DNA of 64,000 nucleotides. It comes from Bacteroidales bacterium (GTDB lineage Bacteria > Bacteroidota > Bacteroidia > Bacteroidales > WCHB1-69). The notes beneath the pieces are model-generated. The model did not search any database. It was not told where the DNA came from and saw only the letters and a program-made list of their open reading frames with translations. The position numbers and the translations under genes were made by a program. The stretch lies in the NCBI GenBank assembly GCA_024682995.1, contig JAIKYR010000071.1:17883-81882 (forward strand), in the 5' to 3' direction. Below are positions 8,360-15,283 of the stretch, piece after piece. Positions within the stretch are counted from its first letter, which is position 1, and every line of letters starts with the position of its first letter.

Positions 8360-8863
8360 TTAAATAACAGATTTGGGACACTTTGCAAAATCATGTGTCA
8401 TCTCTTGGCATGAAATATAGTCAACAAATACTTTGTTATCGTATAGATCTTTAAAGTCCGCCACTTCAACAATATCAAGCAGGTAATTACCGTTCGCGTC
8501 TTTTTTGACAGTGTGATCAATCACTTCATATACCGCGACAAGTTGCGCTGGCACTTTTTCGTTTGTAGATTTCGACCCGCATGCGATGAAAAACACTATA
8601 AAGTCAGCATCTATCATCCTTTTTGCTCTTTTGTTCTGGAGATTTGAGTTGGCACTCCAGTAGCTTACGAATTCCCTAAATGCAACTCTGCCATGTTTTT
8701 CTAATAACTCTTGTGCTGATGCGACCTGATAGGGGTAAAAATCAACGCCATTATTGCCTTGAATTGTATTTAACGGAAGACATGTCATTTGGATGTTCTT
8801 TGCCTCGTCGAAAGCTTTTCTTCGACCACTTAATAACTCTTGAATTGTTAATGTTGTACGCAT
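8360..8863 (-). CDS. Hypothetical 167-aa cytoplasmic protein (no family recognised)
   Basis: ATG-initiated ORF in an AT-rich operon with its own -7 box; no motif I can name. Confidence 0.55.
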   Translation of the reverse strand: MRTTLTIQELLSGRRKAFDEAKNIQMTCLPLNTIQGNNGVDFYPYQVASAQELLEKHGRVAFREFVSYWSANSNLQNKRAKRMIDADFIVFFIACGSKSTNEKVPAQLVAVYEVIDHTVKKDANGNYLLDIVEVADFKDLYDNKVFVDYISCQEMTHDFAKCPKSVI

Positions 8864-8908
8864 AATATTGTTTTTCGTTAAACTTTATATCCTGCATTTT
8901 CTCCGCCG

Positions 8909-8916
8909 CAAAATTA
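8909..8916 (-). promoter_or_regulatory. -7 promoter box for the operon 8863 to 6258
   Basis: Minus-strand TAATTTTG, 46 nt upstream of ATG 8863. Confidence 0.5.
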
Positions 8917-8939
8917 CCTCTCTTTCCCTCACGCAGTTA

Positions 8940-8960
8940 GGTTCTTTTTAGGTTCTTTTT
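8940..8960 (-). promoter_or_regulatory. Tandem AAAAAGAACC motif (candidate operator), site 1
   Basis: Minus-strand AAAAAGAACCTAAAAAGAACC, 23 bp upstream of the -7 box at 8909-8916; identical 20-mer at 12569-12588. Confidence 0.5.
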
Positions 8961-8991
8961 CACGTCCTTTCCGGGTTTCACAAACGGGCAT

Positions 8992-9132
8992 AAAAAAAAA
9001 CCGCGAACTTCATTGTTTCGAGTTCGAGGTCCTGGAAAAACCTGCAATGCCAAACAAAGGAAGCTCACGGCTATAAACCGCAAGCATCTTCGGCTTCCTC
9101 TCGGCATTGCATTTGAAATTTTCCAGGTTTCG
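8992..9132 (-). ncRNA. Candidate small RNA of about 140 nt: long rod-like hairpin with its own -7 box and U-run (alternative: MITE-like palindromic element)
   Basis: Arms around 9020-9064 and 9093-9137 pair almost continuously (CCTGGAAAA/TTTTCCAGG, GCAATGCC/GGCATTGC, GGAAGC/GCTTCC, apical GCTTGCGG/CCGTGAGC). -7 box at 9139-9146. A small CGAACT/AGTTCG stem is followed by T9 (8992-9000) on the minus strand. Confidence 0.35.
9046..9084. repeat. 39-bp direct repeat, copy 1 (lies inside the hairpin element)
   Basis: aatgccaaacaaaggaagctcacggctataaaccgcaag; 33 of 39 identical to 10813-10851 in the same orientation. Confidence 0.7.
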
Positions 9133-9138
9133 AACTTG

Positions 9139-9146
9139 CAAAGATA
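9139..9146 (-). promoter_or_regulatory. -7 promoter box upstream of the hairpin element
   Basis: Minus-strand TATCTTTG immediately upstream of the hairpin. Confidence 0.5.
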
Positions 9147-9180
9147 AAAGCGAAAACGCTTCTGCTATTTAATTATAATT

Positions 9181-9196
9181 GGTTCTTTTTTGGTTC
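9181..9196 (-). promoter_or_regulatory. Variant tandem GAACC motif, site 3
   Basis: Minus-strand GAACCAAAAAAGAACC, 34 bp upstream of the -7 box at 9139-9146. Confidence 0.35.
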
Positions 9197-9318
9197 TAAT
9201 TTTCTTTTGTTCAATAATTTAAGTTGATAACTCATTCTGTGACTCCAGTCCGGAATCACAGCGGCAAAGTTAGGAAAAAATTTGATATGTGAGCGCGAGG
9301 GACCGGCTGTCCCCATAT

Positions 9319-10653
9319 TTATAGGAATGGGGTAAAATAGACAGGAATGCACTTGGTGGGGCCGTCTTTCTGATAATCTTTGGTATAAAGCAGTATGCGC
9401 TCGCCGATACGTGAAGAGTATTTCTCACAAAAGACATCGAGAGATTTATGGGTTTTATAACCGGAAGATTTCACTTCGATAGGCACCAACTTGTTGCCTC
9501 TTGAAAGCAAAAAGTCGATTTCATAATTGTGTTTTTCATCTTTTGGGAAAGTGTAGTAAAACAATTGATTGCCCGCGCTTGCCAACATCTGTGCTACAAC
9601 ATTTTCATATAAATATCCTAAATTGGCATCAAGCTTGTCCGACAACAGTTTGTCGTAAATCACATTCTCGGTAAAATCTTTGTCCCAAAAACAGAGTGTT
9701 ACAAACAAGCCGGTGTCTGCCATGAAAATCTTGTAACGGGACAAATCCTTGTTCAGAGACATGCCCACATTGGGATCGGTGCAATGGTGGCAGAAAAGAG
9801 CGGTCTTGCTTTGTTCCAATTCCTGAAGCAGCTCTCCCATCTTGGCTGCCGATTGCTGCCCCACTACAGTATAGGGCTGGTATCGGGAGACCTTGCCACT
9901 CAACTGTGCTGGAATATTTTTAAACAAGCGTTCCGCATTACCGGTCGCGTCAATCTTCTGGAAATCTTCAAGGTACAACTGAATAATTCCTCGCTTGGTC
10001 TTGTCCACCAAACTCAAGTTGTTAGTCTCCAAATAAGTATTTACAGCCTGTGGCATGCCTCCTACCAACATGTATAGTCTGAAGTCGCGCATATTCAGGC
10101 GCACGACGGCATCGCCCAACGACATGCGACTATTATATTGTTGTTCGAACAAGGGTATCGAGGCCATGTCTCCCAAAGCCCATCTGAACTCTTCATAATC
10201 CATAGGATACATGGTTATGCGATCCTCCTCACTCGGTATGGTGATATTCCTTGTGTTCTTGTGAATGCTAATCAGCGACCCTGTCTCGATATAGTCATAG
10301 CGGCCATCTTGCACCAAATATTTGATGGCCTGACGAGCTGGAGGACATTTCTGCACCTCATCGAAGATAATGACGGAATTTCTTTCATAAAGTGTTGTTT
10401 TGTAAATCTGCTGCAACAAAAGAAAAATCCTGTCAAGATCCATGAGTTCGTCCCAAAGCCCGACCACATTCTTGCCAACTTTATTGAAATCTATGAGAAT
10501 GTACGACTTGTATTCTTTCCTGGCGAACTGTTCTACAATAGTTGACTTTCCCACACGTCGCGCCCCTTCCACCAAAATTGCAGTCCGGCCATTTTCTGTT
10601 GCTTTCCATTCAAGCAACCGCCGGTACGTTTTCCTTTTGAATATCCGCTCCAT
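9319..10653 (-). CDS. AAA+ ATPase with C-terminal DUF4143-type domain, copy 2
   Basis: 444-aa ORF; Walker A GARRVGKST, Walker B VIIFDEVQ, C-terminal YEIDFLL; diverged paralogue of 2504-3823. Confidence 0.8.
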   Translation of the reverse strand: MERIFKRKTYRRLLEWKATENGRTAILVEGARRVGKSTIVEQFARKEYKSYILIDFNKVGKNVVGLWDELMDLDRIFLLLQQIYKTTLYERNSVIIFDEVQKCPPARQAIKYLVQDGRYDYIETGSLISIHKNTRNITIPSEEDRITMYPMDYEEFRWALGDMASIPLFEQQYNSRMSLGDAVVRLNMRDFRLYMLVGGMPQAVNTYLETNNLSLVDKTKRGIIQLYLEDFQKIDATGNAERLFKNIPAQLSGKVSRYQPYTVVGQQSAAKMGELLQELEQSKTALFCHHCTDPNVGMSLNKDLSRYKIFMADTGLFVTLCFWDKDFTENVIYDKLLSDKLDANLGYLYENVVAQMLASAGNQLFYYTFPKDEKHNYEIDFLLSRGNKLVPIEVKSSGYKTHKSLDVFCEKYSSRIGERILLYTKDYQKDGPTKCIPVYFTPFL

Positions 10654-10675
10654 AAAATTAGTTTGAAAAACGCTG

Positions 10676-10683
10676 CAAAAATA
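10676..10683 (-). promoter_or_regulatory. -7 promoter box for the ATPase at 9319-10653
   Basis: Minus-strand TATTTTTG, 23 nt upstream of ATG 10653. Confidence 0.55.
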
Positions 10684-10812
10684 ATAAAAATATGATGACC
10701 CGCAAATTTATATTACGAAAAAATATACTGACCCGCATTTATTTAATTGGAAAAACATGGCCATCCCCACTTTTTTAAGAGCAACACAACAACAACACAA
10801 ACACCCCTCCAC

Positions 10813-10851
10813 AATGCCAAACAAAGAAAGATTACGGCTGTGTACCGCAAG
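10813..10851. repeat. 39-bp direct repeat, copy 2
   Basis: aatgccaaacaaagaaagattacggctgtgtaccgcaag; matches 9046-9084, but the opposite hairpin arm is absent here. Confidence 0.7.
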
Positions 10852-10978
10852 TTTTAACACATTATATTCAAAAACTGCGGAGTGGACTTTCCTAAACTTG
10901 CGGAATAATTTCAATGTATCTTGCGGAAAATAATTGTATGTGATTAAATTAGGATCTGCCGCGCACGTTTCCTTATTG

Positions 10979-12481
10979 TTACTGAATGGAACTCATTTGC
11001 CTTTTCCACTCCTTATACAGCCTTCGCCCCTCTTCCTGGTACTTTTTACTCTGCTCTAAAATCGGTTGGTATATTTCGGGCTCTCTCACCTGTTGCTCAT
11101 TGGGATAATAGGGTATGTCAGGATATTTTTGTGTGTATGATTTTTTCTTCGCCCCAATTTGGTCGGTGGCATAGTTGAAGAAACTGTTCCGCTTGGATTT
11201 AGGCAATTGACGCCGAATCTGGCATTCGCGAATCTTTGCCTTGTACTCGGCAATGTATATCAGATCGCGCAGAATATTGGAGGTTTTCACCTCATCGCTT
11301 TTCACATACAAATCCACCAGCTTGAACATACTGTCAATGGTGAATTTGAAGTTATATATCGCATTGTCAAGCGATTCTTGTTCCTGATTCTCTTTCTGTT
11401 TTATAGTGTTCAAGATGGAATCAGTGCGTTGTCGTCGCGCCACCACGGCCTGAGGATCCTCGGAGCTTGATACAGTCGTCAACGGTTTGTCTTTGAGATA
11501 CGTCCCGCTGCTGTTGTCTTCGTAAGCGTGTGATGATGTGCGATTATGTGCAGATTCAGCTGCTTGCGTCCGGGTTGGTTCCGCCAGAAAAACGGTGTCT
11601 CGGACAGAAGAAGGCGATTCCACCGACGGTTGCATAGGTTCTGTTGTTTCGCCCTTCGAAAAGTGAAGCAGCGAAAAGACGGATAATACAGCAATAACGG
11701 CCATCGCGGCCATTCCCCACGGTATAACTCTCCGCCATTTGCGGCAGCTTGCCATCGCCGCCGCCACCTCCTCTGCCGAGGCATACCGCTTCTCTCTCCT
11801 TGGCTGCAGGCATTTGCGGACTACACGCCCGTACCGATTCGGAATCAACTGCTTCAGAATCAACCCGAAGGCGTACAAATCGGTGCGATTATCAATCTCT
11901 CCGCACGAAAGTTGCTCCGGCGCGGCATAGGCTTTCGTGTAAGCCGGTTCCTTGAGCACAGCGTAACTGTCGCTGTCCGACAAGCCGAAATCTATCAGCT
12001 TGACACGGTTGCCGTTGTATGTCACCAAAACGTTGGATGGCTTGAGGTCGCGGTGTATGATCTGCTTCCCGTGACAGTAGCCGATGGCCTCCAACAGCTG
12101 CCGCGCCACCGATTCGCGGGCGGACTGCGTCGGGTTTTCCGTCAGAAACTCCTCCAACGTGCGCCCATCCACATATTCCATCACGATGCCGAGACCGACA
12201 CTCGGAATCTCTTCCCTGCTATAGACCCGCACGATGTTCGGATGGTTGAGCTGCATCATCAGGTTGAACTCCTTCTCAAGCATCCCTTGATACACAGGGT
12301 CGTCTGAGACCTCGGGCTTCAATGTTTTCAAGGTGAACCATTGACCGTTGCGCTGCGCCTTGTACAACCGGCAGTAGCCTCGCGAGGGCAGTTCAAGGAA
12401 ATCGGAGAACTGCCCCGAAACAAAGTATTCGGAGGAAGGAACGAACCCAGAAGTGGAAATATCGGCGGAATATTCAATCAT
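10979..12481 (-). CDS. Ser/Thr protein kinase with one transmembrane segment and a C-terminal extracytoplasmic region
   Basis: HPNIVRVY, catalytic loop HRDLKPSNVLV, DFGLS, APE; hydrophobic VIPWGMAAMAVIAVLSVFSLL after the kinase domain. Confidence 0.85.
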   Translation of the reverse strand: MIEYSADISTSGFVPSSEYFVSGQFSDFLELPSRGYCRLYKAQRNGQWFTLKTLKPEVSDDPVYQGMLEKEFNLMMQLNHPNIVRVYSREEIPSVGLGIVMEYVDGRTLEEFLTENPTQSARESVARQLLEAIGYCHGKQIIHRDLKPSNVLVTYNGNRVKLIDFGLSDSDSYAVLKEPAYTKAYAAPEQLSCGEIDNRTDLYAFGLILKQLIPNRYGRVVRKCLQPRREKRYASAEEVAAAMASCRKWRRVIPWGMAAMAVIAVLSVFSLLHFSKGETTEPMQPSVESPSSVRDTVFLAEPTRTQAAESAHNRTSSHAYEDNSSGTYLKDKPLTTVSSSEDPQAVVARRQRTDSILNTIKQKENQEQESLDNAIYNFKFTIDSMFKLVDLYVKSDEVKTSNILRDLIYIAEYKAKIRECQIRRQLPKSKRNSFFNYATDQIGAKKKSYTQKYPDIPYYPNEQQVREPEIYQPILEQSKKYQEEGRRLYKEWKRQMSSIQ

Positions 12482-12568
12482 TTGGCAAAAATAGTGCTTT
12501 TTTCATTAATAGTGTTTGTTTTTTAACCGTATAGCACTACTATTAACTAGTTCCAACATCCGATGATT

Positions 12569-12588
12569 AAAAGAACCTAAAAAGAACC
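12569..12588 (+). promoter_or_regulatory. Tandem AAAAGAACC motif (candidate operator), site 2
   Basis: AAAAGAACCTAAAAAGAACC, 24 bp upstream of the -7 box at 12613-12620; same gene-relative orientation and spacing as site 1. Confidence 0.5.
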
Positions 12589-12612
12589 CGTTCCACATAT
12601 CCGAATGTTTGC

Positions 12613-12620
12613 TATTTTTG
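12613..12620 (+). promoter_or_regulatory. -7 promoter box for the gene at 12641
   Basis: TATTTTTG, 21 nt upstream of ATG 12641. Confidence 0.55.
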
Positions 12621-12640
12621 CGCCTGCAATTTGAACGAAC

Positions 12641-13210
12641 ATGCCAGTTAATCTGCAACATATCACCCTGCTGCGCCAACTCGTGGAAGAGTCGGCGGAC
12701 CACCGTATTGAAACCTCTAACGATTTCATCTTCCTGTCTGGAGAGATACGGGGACGGTTGAATGAGAACCTCAGCGTCTCCACACTGAAGCGGCTCTGGG
12801 GCTATGTGGATGGCTACGCCTCCGTGCGCCCAAGCACCCTCGACATTCTCGCCCGCTTCGTGGGTTTCCCCGACTGGGAGACCTTCGTGTCGGACTACTG
12901 CGAAGTGGAGGGCGTGCAATCGTCGCATCGCGTGGTGGGGAAGTCGCTCTACGCCAAAGACCTGAACATCGGCGCTCAGATGAAAATTGCATGGAACCCC
13001 AACCGCCGTTGTACTCTCAAATACTTGGGAAACAGTTTATTTGAGGTAACAGAATCCGCAAATGCCAAGCTGAAAGCGGGAGACCGCTTCCTCTGCCAGC
13101 GATTCACCCTGAACCAGCCACTGTATGTGGAATTGCTGACCAAAGACGGCAACACGGAACTGTTCGTGATGGGCAACAAGGGAGGTCTGACAAAAATATC
13201 CAAAACATAA
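12641..13210 (+). CDS. Hypothetical 189-aa protein, N-terminus HTH-like
   Basis: ATG ORF divergent from the kinase; N-terminal LSVSTLKRLWGY...PSTLDILARFVGFPDWETF resembles a helix-turn-helix segment; no family recognised. Confidence 0.6.
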   Translation: MPVNLQHITLLRQLVEESADHRIETSNDFIFLSGEIRGRLNENLSVSTLKRLWGYVDGYASVRPSTLDILARFVGFPDWETFVSDYCEVEGVQSSHRVVGKSLYAKDLNIGAQMKIAWNPNRRCTLKYLGNSLFEVTESANAKLKAGDRFLCQRFTLNQPLYVELLTKDGNTELFVMGNKGGLTKISKT

Positions 13211-13294
13211 TAGTCCTCCTCTATTGTCACTTCATTGTAATATAGGATTAACCAGTATTTTTCAGAGCAAATGTTAGTCCATTTGTTAGTCCAC

Positions 13295-13329
13295 AAAAAA
13301 AAAGCACTCACAAATTGCTTTGCAAGTGC
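13295..13329 (-). terminator. Rho-independent terminator downstream of tRNA-Asn
   Basis: Minus strand: 11-bp stem GCACUUGCAAA/UUUGUGAGUGC with GCAA loop, followed by U9. Confidence 0.8.
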
Positions 13330-13342
13330 CTCATTTTCTTTG

Positions 13343-13416
13343 CGCTCCCTCAAGGACTTGAACCTTGGACCCTCTGATTAACAGTCAGATGCTCTAACCA
13401 ACTGAGCTAAGGAAGC
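13343..13416 (-). tRNA. tRNA-Asn (anticodon GTT)
   Basis: Hand-folded cloverleaf: acceptor GCTTCCT/AGGGAGC, D arm GCTC-AGTTGGTTA-GAGC, anticodon loop CTGTTAA, T arm CAAGG-TTCAAGT-CCTTG; CCA not encoded. Confidence 0.9.
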
Positions 13417-13445
13417 GGGTTGTTAGCGGCTTTCGTTAACGGCGG

Positions 13446-13453
13446 CAAAAATA
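13446..13453 (-). promoter_or_regulatory. -7 promoter box for tRNA-Asn
   Basis: Minus-strand TATTTTTG, 30 nt upstream of the tRNA 5' end. Confidence 0.55.
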
Positions 13454-13493
13454 CATTTTTTTTCGATATGTGCACCACCCCGAAAAAAATTTT

Positions 13494-13501
13494 TACCTTT
13501 G
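13494..13501 (+). promoter_or_regulatory. -7 promoter box for the YitT-family gene
   Basis: TACCTTTG upstream of ATG 13567. Confidence 0.45.
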
Positions 13502-13566
13502 CCGCTGATTTGAGCGGTTGATTTGTGATATGGGGCTGATATTCAATAATATAAAATCCCAATAAG

Positions 13567-14433
13567 ATGAAGTTGACATACAAAGACGTGCTAAAAGAGG
13601 CCAAAAACTATTTCTTTATCACCATCGGTTTGGCAATTTTTGTGCTGGGATGGTCCGCATTTATGACACCTTACGAGGTTACGGGCGGTGGCGTGGCCGG
13701 TATCGCGTCCATCCTTTTCTTCGCCACGGGAATCCCGATCGGCTTTACGACATTTGCGCTCAACGCTATCCTCATTGCTATCGCCTGGAAGGTGCTTGGC
13801 CCTAAATTCTGCATCAACTCCCTGATATGCACGTTCATAATTTCTGTGTTTTTCTATATTGGTCAGCGTATTTTCACGCAGCCCATTGTCGATGACATGT
13901 TCATGAGCGTCATTATCGGCGCCTCGCTGGGCGCGCTCGGCGCCGGCATCTCCATCAACTGGGGCGGCAACACCGGCGGCCTTGACATCATTGCCCTCAT
14001 GGTCGGCAAATACCGGAACATATCGTATGGCAAAGTCAATATGATGTGTAATCTCCTTATCGTGGGTTCCTCGTTTTTCATCCTGCACGATGTGCAGAGA
14101 CTGGTTTATAGCTTTGTGGTGCTCTTTGTGAGCATGTTGGTGGCCGACACGGTGATTGACGGCTTCCACCAGACCTACCAGTTCATGGTCTTCTCCAAAA
14201 AGAACGATGATATTTCCCGTCGTATCAATCAGGAACTGCATCGCGGGGCCACCTTTCTCAAAGGCTATGGGGCTTATAACCGTCAGGAGAGCGACGTGCT
14301 GCTCATCATCACCCACCGCAGCGACAAGGTGCGTGTCACCCGCATCATCAAGGAGATTGATAGCACCGCGTTCGTCACCATCACCAAAACCTCCAGCGTG
14401 TTCGGGAAGAACTTCGACACACTGAAATTGTGA
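13567..14433 (+). CDS. YitT-family membrane protein (DUF2179 C-terminal domain)
   Basis: 288-aa polytopic ORF; GGGVAGIASILFF; soluble C-terminal part typical of YitT/DUF2179. Confidence 0.8.
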   Translation: MKLTYKDVLKEAKNYFFITIGLAIFVLGWSAFMTPYEVTGGGVAGIASILFFATGIPIGFTTFALNAILIAIAWKVLGPKFCINSLICTFIISVFFYIGQRIFTQPIVDDMFMSVIIGASLGALGAGISINWGGNTGGLDIIALMVGKYRNISYGKVNMMCNLLIVGSSFFILHDVQRLVYSFVVLFVSMLVADTVIDGFHQTYQFMVFSKKNDDISRRINQELHRGATFLKGYGAYNRQESDVLLIITHRSDKVRVTRIIKEIDSTAFVTITKTSSVFGKNFDTLKL

Positions 14434-14473
14434 AATTGGCCATATTGGTCAACCAACAATATCGTACAGCTTA

Positions 14474-15274
14474 TTATCCGATTGTTTCCGTTTGTTTTTT
14501 ATGATAAAACAACAACTCTGGCGTTTGGTCTGTGAACATCACATAGCTGAAATTATCCTGCCAGTCGCCGGTGTTGATGTATGTGGATGTGTCGGTCAGC
14601 TTGTACGTGACCGGTATGTGCCGATGCGCGAAGATGAAATAGTCCACTGGCTCCACCTCCAGGACGGAACGTGCATAGCGCACCTGCGGTTCGTCCTCGC
14701 GGGCGAAGACGAGGTTCTCTGGCTTATGGGAGTTGCGGCTCTTGCGCGAGCAGGAGCGGGCGATAGAAAAGGCGTGATGGGGATGTAACGCGCTGTATAA
14801 CACCTGGTTGGGTTTGAATCCGAAAACCGCCTTGATAAAACGGTAGCCAAACTGCCGTCCGCCAAGGCCATCGCCATGGCCTACCAGACAGCGCTTCCCG
14901 TTCAAGATGAAAGCTTGCGGGCGTTTGAAGACCTGGCATCCGAATGCCTGTTGGAAATAATTCCGCACCCACATGTCGTGGTTACCCGTGAAATAGTAAA
15001 TCTCCACTCCCGACAGATGCAGTTCATACAGAGTGTTAAAAAGTCTAAAATAACCCTTGGGCACCACATCGCGATACTCGAACCAGAAGTCGAACATATC
15101 ACCCAAGAGGAACAAATGCTGTATCTGTTCTCTATGTTTGTCTAAAAAACGGATCAAACTTTCCTCCCTTTTCCGGCTTTCCTCGTTTTCGGGCACATGG
15201 AAATGCGCATCCGACAGGAAGCAGGCAGTTCCCTGTATGGTGATAGGCTGGTCGAAAACCTGTTTTTTTGACAT
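14474..15274 (-). CDS. lpxH: UDP-2,3-diacylglucosamine diphosphatase
   Basis: Metallophosphoesterase motifs FLSDAHF, LGDMFDFWFEY, GNHDMW, GHGD. Confidence 0.85.
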   Translation of the reverse strand: MSKKQVFDQPITIQGTACFLSDAHFHVPENEESRKREESLIRFLDKHREQIQHLFLLGDMFDFWFEYRDVVPKGYFRLFNTLYELHLSGVEIYYFTGNHDMWVRNYFQQAFGCQVFKRPQAFILNGKRCLVGHGDGLGGRQFGYRFIKAVFGFKPNQVLYSALHPHHAFSIARSCSRKSRNSHKPENLVFAREDEPQVRYARSVLEVEPVDYFIFAHRHIPVTYKLTDTSTYINTGDWQDNFSYVMFTDQTPELLFYHKKQTETIG

Positions 15275-15283
15275 ACGACAATC

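Noticed and set aside
8992-9137. Retron msr/msd or type III toxin-antitoxin RNA interpretation of the hairpin
   Set aside because: There is no reverse transcriptase gene. There are no tandem repeat units of the type seen in ToxI-like antitoxin RNAs. The downstream 167-aa protein has its own promoter.
10708-10914. 68-aa ORF in the gap between the kinase and the second ATPase
   Set aside because: It overlaps the 39-bp repeat copy and CCGCAAG repeats, has no promoter box in a suitable position, and has an odd CCCC run. It is probably non-coding.
8940-12588. Invertible 3.6-kb segment (inverton/shufflon) bounded by the 20-bp inverted repeat
   Set aside because: No recombinase is nearby. Both -7 boxes lie outside the repeats, so inversion would not change promoter-gene connectivity. 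A shared operator explains the identical spacing better. This was not excluded, and a read-orientation test is suggested in the findings.
12506-12928. 140-aa minus-strand ORF overlapping the HTH-like gene and its promoter
   Set aside because: It is antisense to a better-supported ATG ORF with a correctly spaced -7 box, and its translation is low-complexity.
2265-13342. Classical integrative element (integrase, att, transfer genes) at tRNA-Asn
   Set aside because: No tyrosine or serine recombinase, transposase, relaxase or phage structural gene is recognisable in any frame. I found no duplicate of the tRNA-Asn 3' end by eye.
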